36,733 nucleotides of DNA from Chiloscyllium plagiosum. Taxonomy: Eukaryota. The DNA lies in NCBI RefSeq assembly GCF_004010195.1, contig NC_057720.1, positions 19,730,401 to 19,767,133 on the forward strand, read 5' to 3'. The notes below the pieces were generated by a model. That model saw only the letters and a list, made by a program, of their open reading frames with translations, had not been told where the DNA came from and searched no databases. This document shows positions 11,315-22,524 of this stretch, one piece after another. Numbering within the stretch: position 1 is the stretch's first letter; every line of letters starts with the position of its first letter. The translations under genes were made by a program, and so were the position numbers.

Positions 11315-11477
11315 AAACAAAAACTGCTGGAAATCACAGTGAGTCAGGCAGCATCTGTGGAAAGAGAGTAAGCAAATGTTTCACATCTAGATGGCTCTTC
11401 ATCAGAGCTTTTCTGACAAGCTTAGTTTGTTCTCTCTTCACAGATGCTGCATGACCTGCTGTGATTTCCAGCATTTG
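11315..11477. mobile_element. Older palindromic PLE-terminus-like element with decayed hammerhead on -
   Basis: Inverted arms TGCTGGAAATCACAG / CTGTGATTTCCAGCA; minus strand CTGATGA-AGAGCCATCTAGATGT-GAAAC-ATT. Confidence 0.7.
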
Positions 11478-11699
11478 TATAATTTGCTTCCGAAGAACAT
11501 TAACGTTGGGAAATGTAACATTATTTTTCACTTTGTCAAGCAATGAAATGATTTGTTTAATGGAATATAATATTGGCAGGGTTCTATAGTTTGGTAACAG
11601 ATTCCATTCAGTGCTGACCATAGCTCAGCTCTTCATCATCAGTTAGAAATGATGCTAGGGAGGTTATGCCTCAGTTATATAGGGCTTCAGTAATACCAC

Positions 11700-11794
11700 A
11701 GCTGAAAATGTGTTGCTGAAAAAGCGCAGCAGGTCAGGTAGCATCCAAGGAACAGGAGAATCGACGTTTCGGGCATAAGCCCTTCTTCAGGAAT
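11700..11794 (-). mobile_element. 95-bp solo PLE-terminus insertion
   Basis: Perfect 15-bp TSD CTTCAGTAATACCAC at 11685-11699 and 11795-11809; near-identical to 35404-35498. Confidence 0.92.
11759..11794 (-). ncRNA. Minimal type I hammerhead ribozyme motif, intact core, sense to ABCA4 pre-mRNA
   Basis: AUUC-CUGAAGA-A-GGGC-UUAU-GCCC-GAAAC-GUC^GAUU. Motif is read from sequence; activity untested. Confidence 0.75.
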
Positions 11795-12574
11795 CTTCAG
11801 TAATACCACGTCTGGACAATATTCATCACCTTATTTAAGGAAGAATGGAAATGTGCTGAAGGCAGTAATTAAATTATGAAGGATTACTGGACTAATACCC
11901 AGAATGAGCTGGATGTCTTATGAGGTAAATTTGAATCTACTGGAGTTTATAAGAATAACAGATGACTTAATTGAAATACACAAGATCCTGGGAGATTTTC
12001 TGGACAGGGTAAACGTGGAGAGGATGCTTCTTCCTATGGGTGAATCCAGAACCGGGGGGGGGGGGGGGGGGGTCACTGCTTAAAAATCAGGGGTTGCCCA
12101 TTTAAAATAGAGATGTGGTGAGTTTTTATCTCACAGAACATCATGATCTTTGAAACTCTTTGCTTGGAAAGGCAGTGGAAACAGAGTCTTTAAATATTTT
12201 AAAGGCAGAGGTGAATAAATTCTTGTTAAGCAAGGGCTTGAAAGGTTATCAGGGGTTTGCAGGAATACAGAGTTGAGCTTACAGTCAGATCAACCATTAT
12301 TAAATGGCAAAGCAGACTCAAGAGGCTGAATGGCCTACCGCTGTACCTTGTGCATGTATAGTTCCAGGAATGGGGTATAATCCTTTAGACTTCAAAATGT
12401 ACCAAAGCAGCTGATGATTAATAGGTGGAAAAATAATTACCACACACAACAATGGAAGTCCAAGTATATATACATATATTAAAATAACATCTAAGAAATA
12501 TAAATTCTCCTGAAATAATAATGTTAGACATTTTAATTTACATTGTCATGGCTCCGGCTTTAGGACTCTACTTT

Positions 12575-12921
12575 GAGGGGCATGTATAGGATAAATAGAC
12601 AAATATTTTTCCCTGGGATCAGGGAGTCCAGAACTAAAGGGTGAGAGGGGAAAGATATGATAGTGACCTAAGGGGCAACTTTTTCATGGAAAGGGTGATT
12701 TGTGTATGGAATGAGCTGCCAGAGGAAGTGGTGGAGACTGGTACATTTGCAACACTTAAAAGTCATTTGGATGGGTATATGAATAGGAAGGGTTTGGAGG
12801 GATATGGGCGGGGTGCTGGTTGATTGGGTTGGGATATCTGGTCAACATGGACGGGTTGGACCGAAGGGTCTGTTTCCATGCTGTACATCTCTATGACTCT
12901 ATGACTTCATGATTCTATGAC
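12575..12921 (+). mobile_element. CR1 LINE 3' fragment (HER1-like)
   Basis: RGERY.SDLRGNFF..RV..VWNELPEEVVE; tail of ATGACTCT/ATGATTCT units. Confidence 0.92.
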
Positions 12922-12981
12922 TCAGTTAAATATTTTCAATAATTTATCTTTCCTGGAGGATGTCAGATTGCAGAAACTGAC

Positions 12982-13056
12982 CTTGACATTATCCTCAGTC
13001 TCCAAATGCTTCAGGAAAACATTCAGACTTCGAAACGTCATCTTTGTATTATTACC
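12982..13056 (-). CDS. ABCA4: ABCA4 exon ~34 (75 nt): GNNTKMTFRSLNVFLKHLETEDNVK
   Basis: ttcataatag|GGT ... AAG|gtcagt; FLKHLETEDN motif. Confidence 0.96.
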
Positions 13057-13364
13057 CTATTATGAAAAATAAACAAGTTAAACCATACGGATAAACTGCG
13101 AAGACTGTAATAGGCATGCTGTAAAGGTTTTCTGTCACTAGAGGGAGCCGTGAATACAGCCTACCAATTTGATATGATGCCTTTACAGTCTGCTCATGTG
13201 TACAGTACACTGTATAGAAGTTTAATACTCAATTGTCAGTGTTTTACCTGTTCGTTTGGATATAATCAACACTGACAAATATTTATTTTACTTGTATTTA
13301 AGAGTGACATTTCTATCCCCGAGAGAAGAAATTTAAACAGATTTAAAGATAAAAATACCATAAT

Positions 13365-13548
13365 TCCACTTCTCATTAGAGAGAGACAAGGTGGGTGATG
13401 GTTTAATCTGAGGGTCACCATGCCTTAGGTAATGGCAGAGGTTGACATTAAGAGCTTCCCTAGTCACCTCAGCTCACGTGAGAAGTGAACCCATGCGGTT
13501 AGCATCACTCAGCATTGTAAACCAGTATCCAACTAACTGAGCTAATCA
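13365..13548 (-). mobile_element. Short tRNA-derived SINE, same family as 34190-34365
   Basis: Minus-strand head TAGCTCAGTTAG ... GGGTTCACTTC; shared body with 34190-34365. Confidence 0.6.
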
Positions 13549-13552
13549 AACA

Positions 13553-13715
13553 ACATCCTTTAGAGAAGGAAACTGCCATCCTTATCTGGTCTGTTGTACA
13601 TGTGACTCCAGACTCACAGCAATGTGACTCCAGACTCACTCTTAATGCCCTCTGGGCAACTATGGATGGGCTAAAAAAGCTGGCCTGGCCAACGTTGCAG
13701 TCACCCTGTGAATGA
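13553..13715 (+). mobile_element. Old SINE 3' half with internal 22-bp-period duplication
   Basis: GAAGGAAACTGCCATCCTTATCTGGTCTG..CATGTGACTCCAGAC; ATGTGACTCCAGACTCAC occurs twice at 13600-13639. Confidence 0.65.
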
Positions 13716-13729
13716 TTATTTTAAAAACC

Positions 13730-14070
13730 CTATCCCTCCTTCCACTGCTGATACTCAGCAGCAGCCGTGTATATTATCTACAAGATGCACAGCAATGACT
13801 CATCAAGGGTCATTAGACAGTACCTTCCAAACCCACAACCCCTATCGTCTCGAAGGACAAGGGCAGCACATACTTGGGAACACCACAAATTACAAGTTCC
13901 CTTCCAAGTTACACACTGTCCTGACTTGGAATGATATTGCCGTTCCTTCTGTAACTGGGTGAAAATCCTGGAAATCCCTTCCAACAGCACGGTGGGTTCC
14001 TGAAGCTGGCTCACTATCACCTTTTCCAGGTCAATTAGGGTTGGGCATTAAATGCCACTGAAATCACATA
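13730..14070 (+). mobile_element. Old LINE 3' fragment (CR1/L2 group) sharing its tail with the old SINE family
   Basis: YKMH..LPNP..SW-like remnants; tail CAATTAGGGTTGGGCATTAAATGC resembles the SINE ends at ~13655-13680 and ~8610-8632 (-). Confidence 0.6.
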
Positions 14071-14083
14071 ATGTGAATGAACA

Positions 14084-14368
14084 GTGGCTCAGTGTTAGCA
14101 CTGCTGCCTCACAGCAACAGAGACCTGGGTTCAATTCCAGCCTCGGGCAACAGTCTGTGTGGAGTTTGCACATTCTCCCGAGTCTGCGTGGGTTTCCTCC
14201 CACAGTCCAAAGATATGCACATCAGGTGAATTGGCCATGCTAAATTGTTTGTAGTGTTAGGTGCATTAGTCAGGGGTAAATATAGGGTCAGGGTTGTTTA
14301 CTCTTTGGAGGGTCAGTGTGGACTTGTTGGGCCGAAGGGCTTGTTTCCGCACTGTAGGGAATCTAATC
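14084..14368 (+). mobile_element. HE1-type V-SINE with internal deletion
   Basis: B box GGTTCAATTCC, V-domain, CR1-like tail; homologous to 8882-9204. Confidence 0.9.
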
Positions 14369-16089
14369 AATAAAACAAACTCAGGAGGGAGAGAGAGAGA
14401 GACAGGTCTAGAGAACACATGCTACATGGGAGCTGACTGTACTGACATCCCAGGAAGCAAAGCACAAGGGAAGAGGAGGAGAGAGGATCAACTTTGCCCC
14501 AGTGATTCTGAGGGCTGAGCTTAAAGTCACATTGTTAAAGCCTGGGATTACTATCTTATCTTATTTTGTAATGTCCAGTTAATACTCAGTTAACAATCTC
14601 AAGTTCATTAATTCAGTCACGAGATTTGCCCCAAATACTTTGTGCAGTTTTATTCGTGCAGGTTTTGTATATTAAAGGAGAAAAACGTAATTTGGACTTG
14701 TGCTTGGTCATATACTTGCCTTGGAGGAAGTGTAAGAGGTGGAGGGGACAGTCAGGACACCATGTAATTAGATGAGTTTGGTGGACAATTACCTGGCATC
14801 AGGGCAGGGATAAGGGTGGGACTGAGCTAACACAGGCCAATTGAAGTAGCTCATGTCAGCCAATACAGTGGGTACTGTTTCCTTGCATGACTTGGCTCAG
14901 CAGGGTTGGGGGATGAGGGGAGCACAGAGACCTCATTGTCTCCCCCCTGCTCAGGGTGCCCCTCACAAAGGTGTTCAGGAACCTTTCCCTTTCCTATTGA
15001 CCCCCATGATATCAGGGGATTGACTGAAGCCTCTCTGCAGTGCCCAAGTGCTGTCTGCCTAATCTTCCTGCCACCTGCTGCCAGCCCCTGGCATCGGTTT
15101 CCCAACAGCTGAGTTCAGCAAATTTCACCCTTTCGGCGAGATCCACTGAATTCTCTTGGGAATGGCCCCCTGCTGTGTGTCTGCCTCCATCCACTTGGTC
15201 TGCCACACACAGCTGTTGTAATGGGTTCAGCTAGTGCATCTGGATCTAAATCAGAACATGTTCCCTAATAGTGTCACAATGGGATCTCTATCAATGTGAA
15301 GGGACTTTCTCAATGAACTGGGCAGGATCTCAGGATGGCCTTGCTGCAATGGCATTGAGGAAACTGGCACTGCCAACAAACACTGGCATTCGGATCCTCT
15401 CCACACACCCTCATTTCTAATCCTGATGGCCCAAGAATTCATTCCTTAATGTTTAGCATTAATATGTTGTTAAGTGTGGGGATAATAAATATTAACTCAT
15501 GATTTTGATTTCTGATTACTTATTTAATGATGTGGTGACAAGTGGTTAACCTATTCACTCTGCCTCCCAGCTAAGGCAAGAGGATGGGTCGGCTTCTCTG
15601 TCAGTTTATATAGTTTGGACTAGTTAATGTCCATCAGTTCATCAGAAATAGGCATCTGATAATGCCCAGATATGGGTCTAGGTTAACCAGCAGCTGCTGG
15701 ATGACATATTAAGAGCTTGCCAAAGTTCTTTTAGTTCAAGCTCCTTTATTCCTCTCTAATCAGTTTTGAAAAAAATATGTGGAGTGTTGGTGTTTGACCA
15801 CAGAGAATGGTCAAAGCCAAGATGACTCATCTATGAAAAGGAAAGCTGAAGCAGAGCAAAAGGAGGGAGGGAAGGAAGAGGATAGAACTCTGGAACTAAT
15901 TCCAAATGGCTCTGGTGAAAGAGCTAGCAAACATGATGGGCCAAATGGTGTCATTCTGTGCTGTTCACCTTTAGGAACTGCTTCTTTGTTTGGGTAAATG
16001 CCACAAAGTAAAGCACACTAAACCAATCACAGCAGTCTGGACGGAGACGCAGTTTGCAATGGTTGATAATAAATGCATATGTGACTTAC

Positions 16090-16195
16090 CCCAGTGACAT
16101 TGAACATACGGCCCAACTTGGTGAAAAAGACATCGATCTGTTTATGGTCAATGTGTAAAACTGGAAGCTTTCCCCCTATTGAAATCCCACCGTAT
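16090..16195 (-). CDS. ABCA4: ABCA4 exon ~33 (106 nt): YGGISIGGKLPVLHIDHKQIDVFFTKLGRMFNVTG
   Basis: gttctag|A ... GGG|gtaagt; YGGISIGGKLP motif. Confidence 0.97.
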
Positions 16196-18254
16196 CTAGA
16201 ACATTAAAACAACAGAACATCGAGCTTACAATTTGTGCTCCTCATTCTCCAAAATATGAGCAATTCCATCAAATATTTTCAAATCATTTCCATCTCTGTA
16301 TCAAGACGTAAGCTCTCTCTTTATTGGAGTCCGACCACAGAACAGGACAATGTCCTTTGCCAATTATGAGACCACCTCTGCATTTGCCATTCGATTCGGG
16401 ACAGTGAGTACAATGGTGGGTTTATGAGTCAGAGGTGCCAAAACTGTGGCAGGCCAAGGGAGAGGTGGGCATTGCTAAAGCAGGTTGGTTAGATTGAGGG
16501 CACCACAAAACAGAGGCACTCCCTGCAGCATTTTGGAACTTTAACACAACGAGCGGGTAGTAAATCTAGCGGACTCATTGCTGTGGGTCTAGGCTGTGGG
16601 AATCAAGAGCAGACATTGATGGCCCCTGGTCTACCACCAGGCTGTCAGTTCCAGTTACCTGCCAAACCCTAGTCTCATGGAGGTCCCATTCAACAACCAA
16701 TGTCATCAACATTTCCCCCATTGGCCCCGTAATGTTGACACCATCTCTAACAAGATGGCTCAAATGTGGGAACATGTAGAACATCAACACATTTTCCAAA
16801 TTTGTTCCTAGCCCCACCTTCACTCTGGTCTCTGGAGGCGTGGGAATATTTTGCCCCATGTTCCAGTGTGTAATACGAGAGGATGCACTGCAACAACTTG
16901 CCAAGGCTTCCCTGGCAACATTATATTACCTCAAAGAGCAATGGGGACACTGTAGTAACCAGTAGGAGTTAGCCTCGATGTCACACACCATGCAGACATG
17001 GAAATGGTTCTTTATCTGGTGATGAGTTAGTGTCGTAGAATTTTCTCTCTGACTGCACTGTGGAAGGACCTTAATCATATGGACCACATCAGTTCTTAAG
17101 TACTGGGCAACAAACCCTGAGAATGAATTTAAAAATGGCCCTTTGTTTGTTCTCTGATTTGTATCTCTCCACTTTAACAACTCAAGTCGCAAAGATCAAT
17201 TGACCCATAACGATAGACGTCATTTCTGGAGCTAGCAAGGCAGTGTGGGGAGACAGTGGGAGTATGGTGATGAGACAGAGGGTCAGCCACAATCACGCTG
17301 AATGGTAGACCAGGAGCGCTGGGCTCAACAGCCTGCTCCCATGCCTATTTTCTAATTTTCTAACTGACTACGAATATATTTATCACAAATCCAGAAATGA
17401 TTGGATGCACTTTACAATGTGGTACAATCTGTGGAGAGCACTCGTTGTTTGATGGTTTGGACGTAGATTAGTGCTTCCTGAACTGGTTCTCTGTGTGTGC
17501 TCACTTTGGGGCTTGAAGGTTGCTGTGACTCAAGGCCTATGAGATCAGGAAGGAGATGGGTGAGGTGGAGGGTTAGGGGCGTACTGAGGGATAGTGTGTT
17601 TAATCCAAATTGTATATAAGTATAAACCAAGTAGCTCCCCATTAGGTTTTTAAGGACAATTATTCAGGTCTACAAAATCAGGCAGTCAGGCCATGTCTAC
17701 AAATGAATGGTATAAAGGGGCCAAGAGGCCTCACGGCCATTAGCACTTAGTTGGAGCTCCACAACAGACATTGTTACATCAAAGCCTACACTCCAAATTC
17801 TGGACTGGTGACCCCAGTGGGGATCACATCGCTCCGATTGAGTGCAGCTTTTTTGCGTCCTGTGTCCATCTGCAGATGATTCCTGCTGAGGGTCTTCGGC
17901 ATTTTCTGTTTTTGTTTCAAGTTTTCATTTTCTGCAGTGCTTTTATTTTGCTTTCCGACTTCACTATTGACTACAATACAGATGTAATTCTGAAACTATG
18001 TACGGAAACTATGCCGTATGATAAAAATAAATGGATGAATAGCTCCATTAAAATAGCAGAGAAATTTGATCTGAACATTTTAAGTGTTCAGATGTTATCA
18101 TATGGTATAATTTCCAGGCTGTAATCATGAAACTTCAATCAGGTAAGCCATATTGTGTGTAACATATTCACACTGAGGTCCACTTCTACCCATTTATGTC
18201 AAGAATCAGCCAGGCAGCAGGGATTTACAAATTATGAAGAGAACAATTCAATAC

Positions 18255-18287
18255 CTTTGTTCATTAACCCAGTACTTGCTCTTCATG
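18255..18287 (-). CDS. ABCA4: ABCA4 exon ~32 (33 nt): MKSKYWVNEQR
   Basis: atttcag|C ... AG|gtattg; matches human LKSKFWVNEQR. Confidence 0.96.
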
Positions 18288-19102
18288 CTGAAATTACAGA
18301 CAAAAGTGAGAAAGGTTAATCTTCGCAAATGTTTAGAAACCTTTTCCAAAACCAACTGTCAGATGAGAACCAGATACTTTAATTACAGCTTCTAATGGCC
18401 CATGTTTGGCATTTATATTGACTGCTGAACAGCCTGTGTTCACAACTGTGAAAATGGAAACAACCTCTGGTGCTTGTCCATCTGGATTTGCAGGCCAGCA
18501 TCCAGATGATGTTCCTCTACATGACGCACTGTTAAGTCCCGGCAGATGGCAATTTCAGGAAATCAGTTAAACTTTTCCTTCTATGCTGTAATATTTTGTA
18601 AAAAAAAATCTTGAAAAGTTATCCCTTGCTGAATTGAAGTAAAACTGGGATTGTAATGGCAACAGTATCATTACTACTCATGCACAATCTCTCTATGGCC
18701 CTGAAAAACCACTTCTGTATTTGCACAATGTCTAATTTCTAACTTCTGATAGAACAATACAACAATGTAGGAGTTTTTAAAAATGTTTATGTTTTAGTTT
18801 TTATTTGTGAGCATCTCAAATTTCTTTAAAGTTTATAAATGTGTGAATGATAATCAATGCATTTTATTTCTTGACTTGCTGTCCTGAGAATTCTTCGGTG
18901 TGATTAACTGCTTAGCCTGTTTGATGACATCGCTGACTTGGATATCTAACTTGGCAAAACCCAAAGAACAGAAATTGTTAGTTCCAAGGTCAGTGGCAAA
19001 CTGATCGCAAAATTCCATCCTCATTAAGTTGCTGAGATCCCAAAATCTTTATTTGTGAATTTTTGCTGCTGAATTTGGAGACATGTATAGAATGGACCAT
19101 AC

Positions 19103-19197
19103 CTGTTTTTTATTAGTTTCGGGTATGTTTTGACCAAGAAGTCTGATATATTTCTTTGGGTAAGGTTTTGCAGGATGTCAGTTGTATGCTGGACTCT
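19103..19197 (-). CDS. ABCA4: ABCA4 exon ~31 (95 nt): [32 protein letters not shown]
   Basis: ttacag|AGA ... AG|gtatgg; [12 protein letters not shown] motif. Confidence 0.97.
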
Positions 19198-19289
19198 CTG
19201 TAATGGAGAAAGCAACTCAGTTTTTGACAAGAGGTAAAATTTGCTTTAGCTTTTAAACATTAAGCAGCATTCAACAAAGAAAAGAACAA

Positions 19290-19512
19290 ATGAAAATAAA
19301 GTGCTGGACATACTGGCAGTGTTTCTCTGGAGCATGAAACTCAGAGTCAACCTTTCAAGGGAAGAGGACAATTGGTCAGAATGAATGTAAGATCTGATGC
19401 AAGGTTTACTCAACTCTTTCATTCCTCACGGATGCTACCTGTTCCTGTTGAGTATTTCCACCACTTTTTTGCTTTTTATTTCAGATTCCCAGCACCTCCG
19501 GTATTTTGCTTT
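19290..19512. mobile_element. Very old palindromic PLE-terminus-like remnant
   Basis: Decayed arms GTGCTGGACATACT / AGTATTTCCACCAC, GATGCTACCTG; resembles 11315-11477. Confidence 0.5.
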
Positions 19513-19742
19513 TATATTGTACAAAACATTGTTGGACTTGTGTAAAATGATTTTTTCTCATTTTCATTAGTAGCCGAGATAACATTGAACAGTACTTCAA
19601 TACGATGTTCTGACACAATCTGCTCTTAACATCACTTCTCACACACTCATGCATCACACTTGCATAGATGCAGATATTGTCTCTCTTTTTCGCACACACC
19701 TCTCTTTTACTGATTTGAACTAGAAAAGCCTATGATTAATAC

Positions 19743-19932
19743 CTCTGCTGGAGGAAGACCACCAGCTGCTGCAGGGCAGTCTGGGAGCATAATCAATCGA
19801 TTTCCTGTACTGCACTGGCAGGATGGTGAAGGGTTGCTGCCGGAATAGAATGGGGACTGTAGTAGGTTGACAATCGTGGGGTCACTTTTTGGAATCTTCC
19901 AATCAGAGGATTGATTACTGCAGGGATGACCT
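19743..19932 (-). CDS. ABCA4: ABCA4 exon ~30 (190 nt): GHPCSNQSSDWKIPKSDPTIVNLLQSPFYSGSNPSPSCQCSTGNRLIMLPDCPAAAGGLPPAE
   Basis: ttttcattcag|A ... GAG|gtatta; NPSPSCxCS and MLPxCPxxAGGLPP motifs. Confidence 0.96.
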
Positions 19933-20649
19933 CTGAATGAAAACAGATACAAGACATCAGTGTGAGATGCATGCAGGATCTTGAAGCTAGGTTTCTTACA
20001 TTGAGACATACTTAGCTTGTTCTTAACAACAGTACATAGGCTGAAAATTTCCAGGTGTTCTGGGAGATGGGAACATTGGCAGAGTTTGGCTACCCATCAG
20101 TTTGCTGATTGAGCCACTGGAGTGACCAACAAAAGACCATTTTCCTTGGCATTTTGCCCACACCTAGGAAATCTCACAACCATGTGGAGAAAGCAACCTC
20201 TGAGACCTAGGGGCCTCCGAGCAGATTCAGGAGGGGGCACCTTCCTGTATGGGTGCCCCATGGACTGGGTGAGACAGCCTATTGGCGATGGCTATCCTTT
20301 TGGAAACAACAATTTTGGTCCTCTTTAACATCAAACCATAACCTAATCTCAGGGCCTGGATACCAGGAACCAATTTCTTCAAATATACCCGAGCTGTCTT
20401 CAAGTGGGCCTCTCCATTAAAGGTGCAATCTGATGGATGATTAATTTATTATCACATACATCTTGAAGATACAGTAAAATGGGGTTTGCCACCACAATCC
20501 AGCAGATAAAAAGAAATTATTTAAATAAGGGTTCATCTTTAGTTCAAATAGGGGTCTCAAGCATGGCTTCTGCAAGGTATCTGTATTGTGCTCCAGTCCT
20601 CAAGATGTCCCACTCTGGGAAGAGCAATAACAACACCAATGCCCCAGGA

Positions 20650-21045
20650 GACCCTGGCTCTGCTGCTGCTGCCTCCAAGAGCCCAGGGCCCAGGCCTACC
20701 ACCACCTGGATTTCAGGTTCTGGGCCTACCACTGCCAGGAGTCCAAGTTACGGGTACCACTGCTGCCTAGAGCCCAGGCTCCAGGCCCACCACCACCAGG
20801 AATCCTTGCTCTCGGCATTGCTGCTGCAAAGAATCTGGGCTTCAGGCCTACCATTGCCAGGAATACAGTCTCTGGGCCTACCGTCGTCAAGATTACATGC
20901 TCTGGGCCTATCACCACCTGGTGTACAAGCTCTGGGCCTACCATTGCCAGGACTACAGGCTCTGGTACTGCCACCAGGAGTACAGGCTCCAGGCCTACCA
21001 CTTCCAGGAGTATAGGCTCTGGGCCTACTCCCACTAGGACTCCCA
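20650..21045. repeat. Minisatellite, about 30-bp unit, about 13 copies
   Basis: Consensus near GCTCTGGGCCTACCACTGCCAGGAGTACAG. Confidence 0.9.
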
Positions 21046-21337
21046 ATCTATGCCACAGCGCTACCAACACCAAACATTTCAGCAAACTCAAAAATGGCCA
21101 GCTCTAACAGTGGCACTATTGTGGCACAGCCCTTTGATGGACTGGAATCTCTCAGGTGCAGATTGCCATCTTTAATTGGATGCCAGCCCCTCCACATTTG
21201 GCTGCCACAGGAAATTTGGCTGCCACAGGTTACCTCCTACCGGCCAAAATGCAGGATGTGTACTGTCAATCACCTCACAAACGTTCACTCCAAAATATCA
21301 GAAAAGCAAGTGATAACATGACTATCAACTGTCTTAC

Positions 21338-21436
21338 ACAATGGGATTCTCCCTCATGCACCGAGTCCCAAATCCAGGTTTATTCACCAGCACCTCCATC
21401 AACTGACCCATCTTCTTATTCCATGGACGTTCGTTG
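21338..21436 (-). CDS. ABCA4: ABCA4 exon ~29 (99 nt): NERPWNKKMGQLMEVLVNKPGFGTRCMRENPIV
   Basis: ttttgacag|C ... GT|gtaaga; NKPGFGxRC motif. Confidence 0.96.
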
Positions 21437-22084
21437 CTGTCAAAATGAAGAGAAAGAACATATTAAGGAAAGAATGCACACAATGAAGACTAAGACTAAC
21501 AGATTTTTCCATGACCATTTTTCCAAATTTTAATGATTTAAAGAATGTAGTCTTGTTTAACATCGATCTGAGGTTAAACTGAGGGGGTTGTCCATATGTC
21601 ATGAGCGTACGCAGTTTGCATTAATTTCTTGGTTCCTGGGTAATCTGGTTTGAATTTTCTAGGGCTCACACCTTATAAAACGTGCTGTCAAATAAAACCT
21701 GAAGGAGATCCCAGGGAATACCGATGCCAACAATCTGAGATAAATGGTAATATGATTTAAATTTTATATGTTACCTCCACTCAAATGTAAATATCTCACA
21801 AAAACAAAAATCTTCACATTGCTGAAAATTACATGCCAAGTTGCATCTGCATTATTTTCAAAATCAATAAAAATAATTAAAATACAAATGTGTACAAATA
21901 TGAATTTAAATATCAAAAGTGTCAATATTTTAAAGTTTTACTTGTATTTTTAAAATGTTTCAAATTTAATTGACATGGAATTACATAAATATGATTGGCA
22001 GTTTCAAATGATGCTAAAACATGGTTTTAAAATCAGAATGCACTGAAGGATTTTGGGTGCTGTACGTCAATGATCTGCATTCAT

Positions 22085-22485
22085 AAGGCATCTTTCACAT
22101 CTTCACGGTATTGGAAAGTGCAATGCAGTCAATGAGTTACAGTTGGTGTAGTTACTGTACGCTGTAGCCATTGTGTACAGACAGCAAGGAGGTGAATGGC
22201 CAGTTAATTCACTTGAAAGGCAGGGATGAATAGTGGCCAGGAATCTAAAAGGTTTGCCCTGTTTTCCTTTGACAAAGGATGCCATGGGATCTTTAATCCG
22301 CACCTGTAAAAAGCAATGGGACCTACTGCCCCTTCTGAAAGACAATGCATCTGACAACGCAGCTCATCCCCAAGTTTCTCAAACCTCTGCCTTATGCAAG
22401 GGCATTGAATGTTTAAACTTAAATTATGCTTTCAAATCAAAAATTTCTGACGAAGGTAAGGGAAGCTAACATTGAGCCGAGATGC
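22085..22485 (-). mobile_element. Ancient Deu-domain SINE remnant (AmnSINE1/SacSINE1-like)
   Basis: TGCCATGGGATCTTTAATCCGCACCTG...CTGAAAGACAATGCATCTGACAACGCAGC resembles the reverse complement of the Deu core as recalled. Confidence 0.55.
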
Positions 22486-22524
22486 TATGGATGCGATATT
22501 TAGTATTATTTTATGGTCTACAAA

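Larger units (their letters stand above)
11650..12363 (+). mobile_element. Old CR1 3' fragment containing a PLE-terminus insertion and a G19 run
   Basis: EVMPQLYRA-like and DLIEIHKIL-like remnants; CR1 3' UTR GGCTGAATGGCCTAC. Confidence 0.8.

Noticed and set aside
14400..15460. GC-richer stretch with several short ORFs; similar stretches at 16280-16920, 24300-24650 and 31230-31690
   Set aside because: No recognisable protein motif or exon pattern; probably old repeats that I cannot assign from sequence alone.
20479..21015. 178-aa Pro/Gly/Leu-repeat ORF as a nested gene
   Set aside because: Openness is explained by a stop-poor 30-bp unit; no splice, promoter or homology support.
21196..21229. 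Tandem duplication ATTTGGCTGCCACAGG x2
   Set aside because: Simple local slippage with no further structure.
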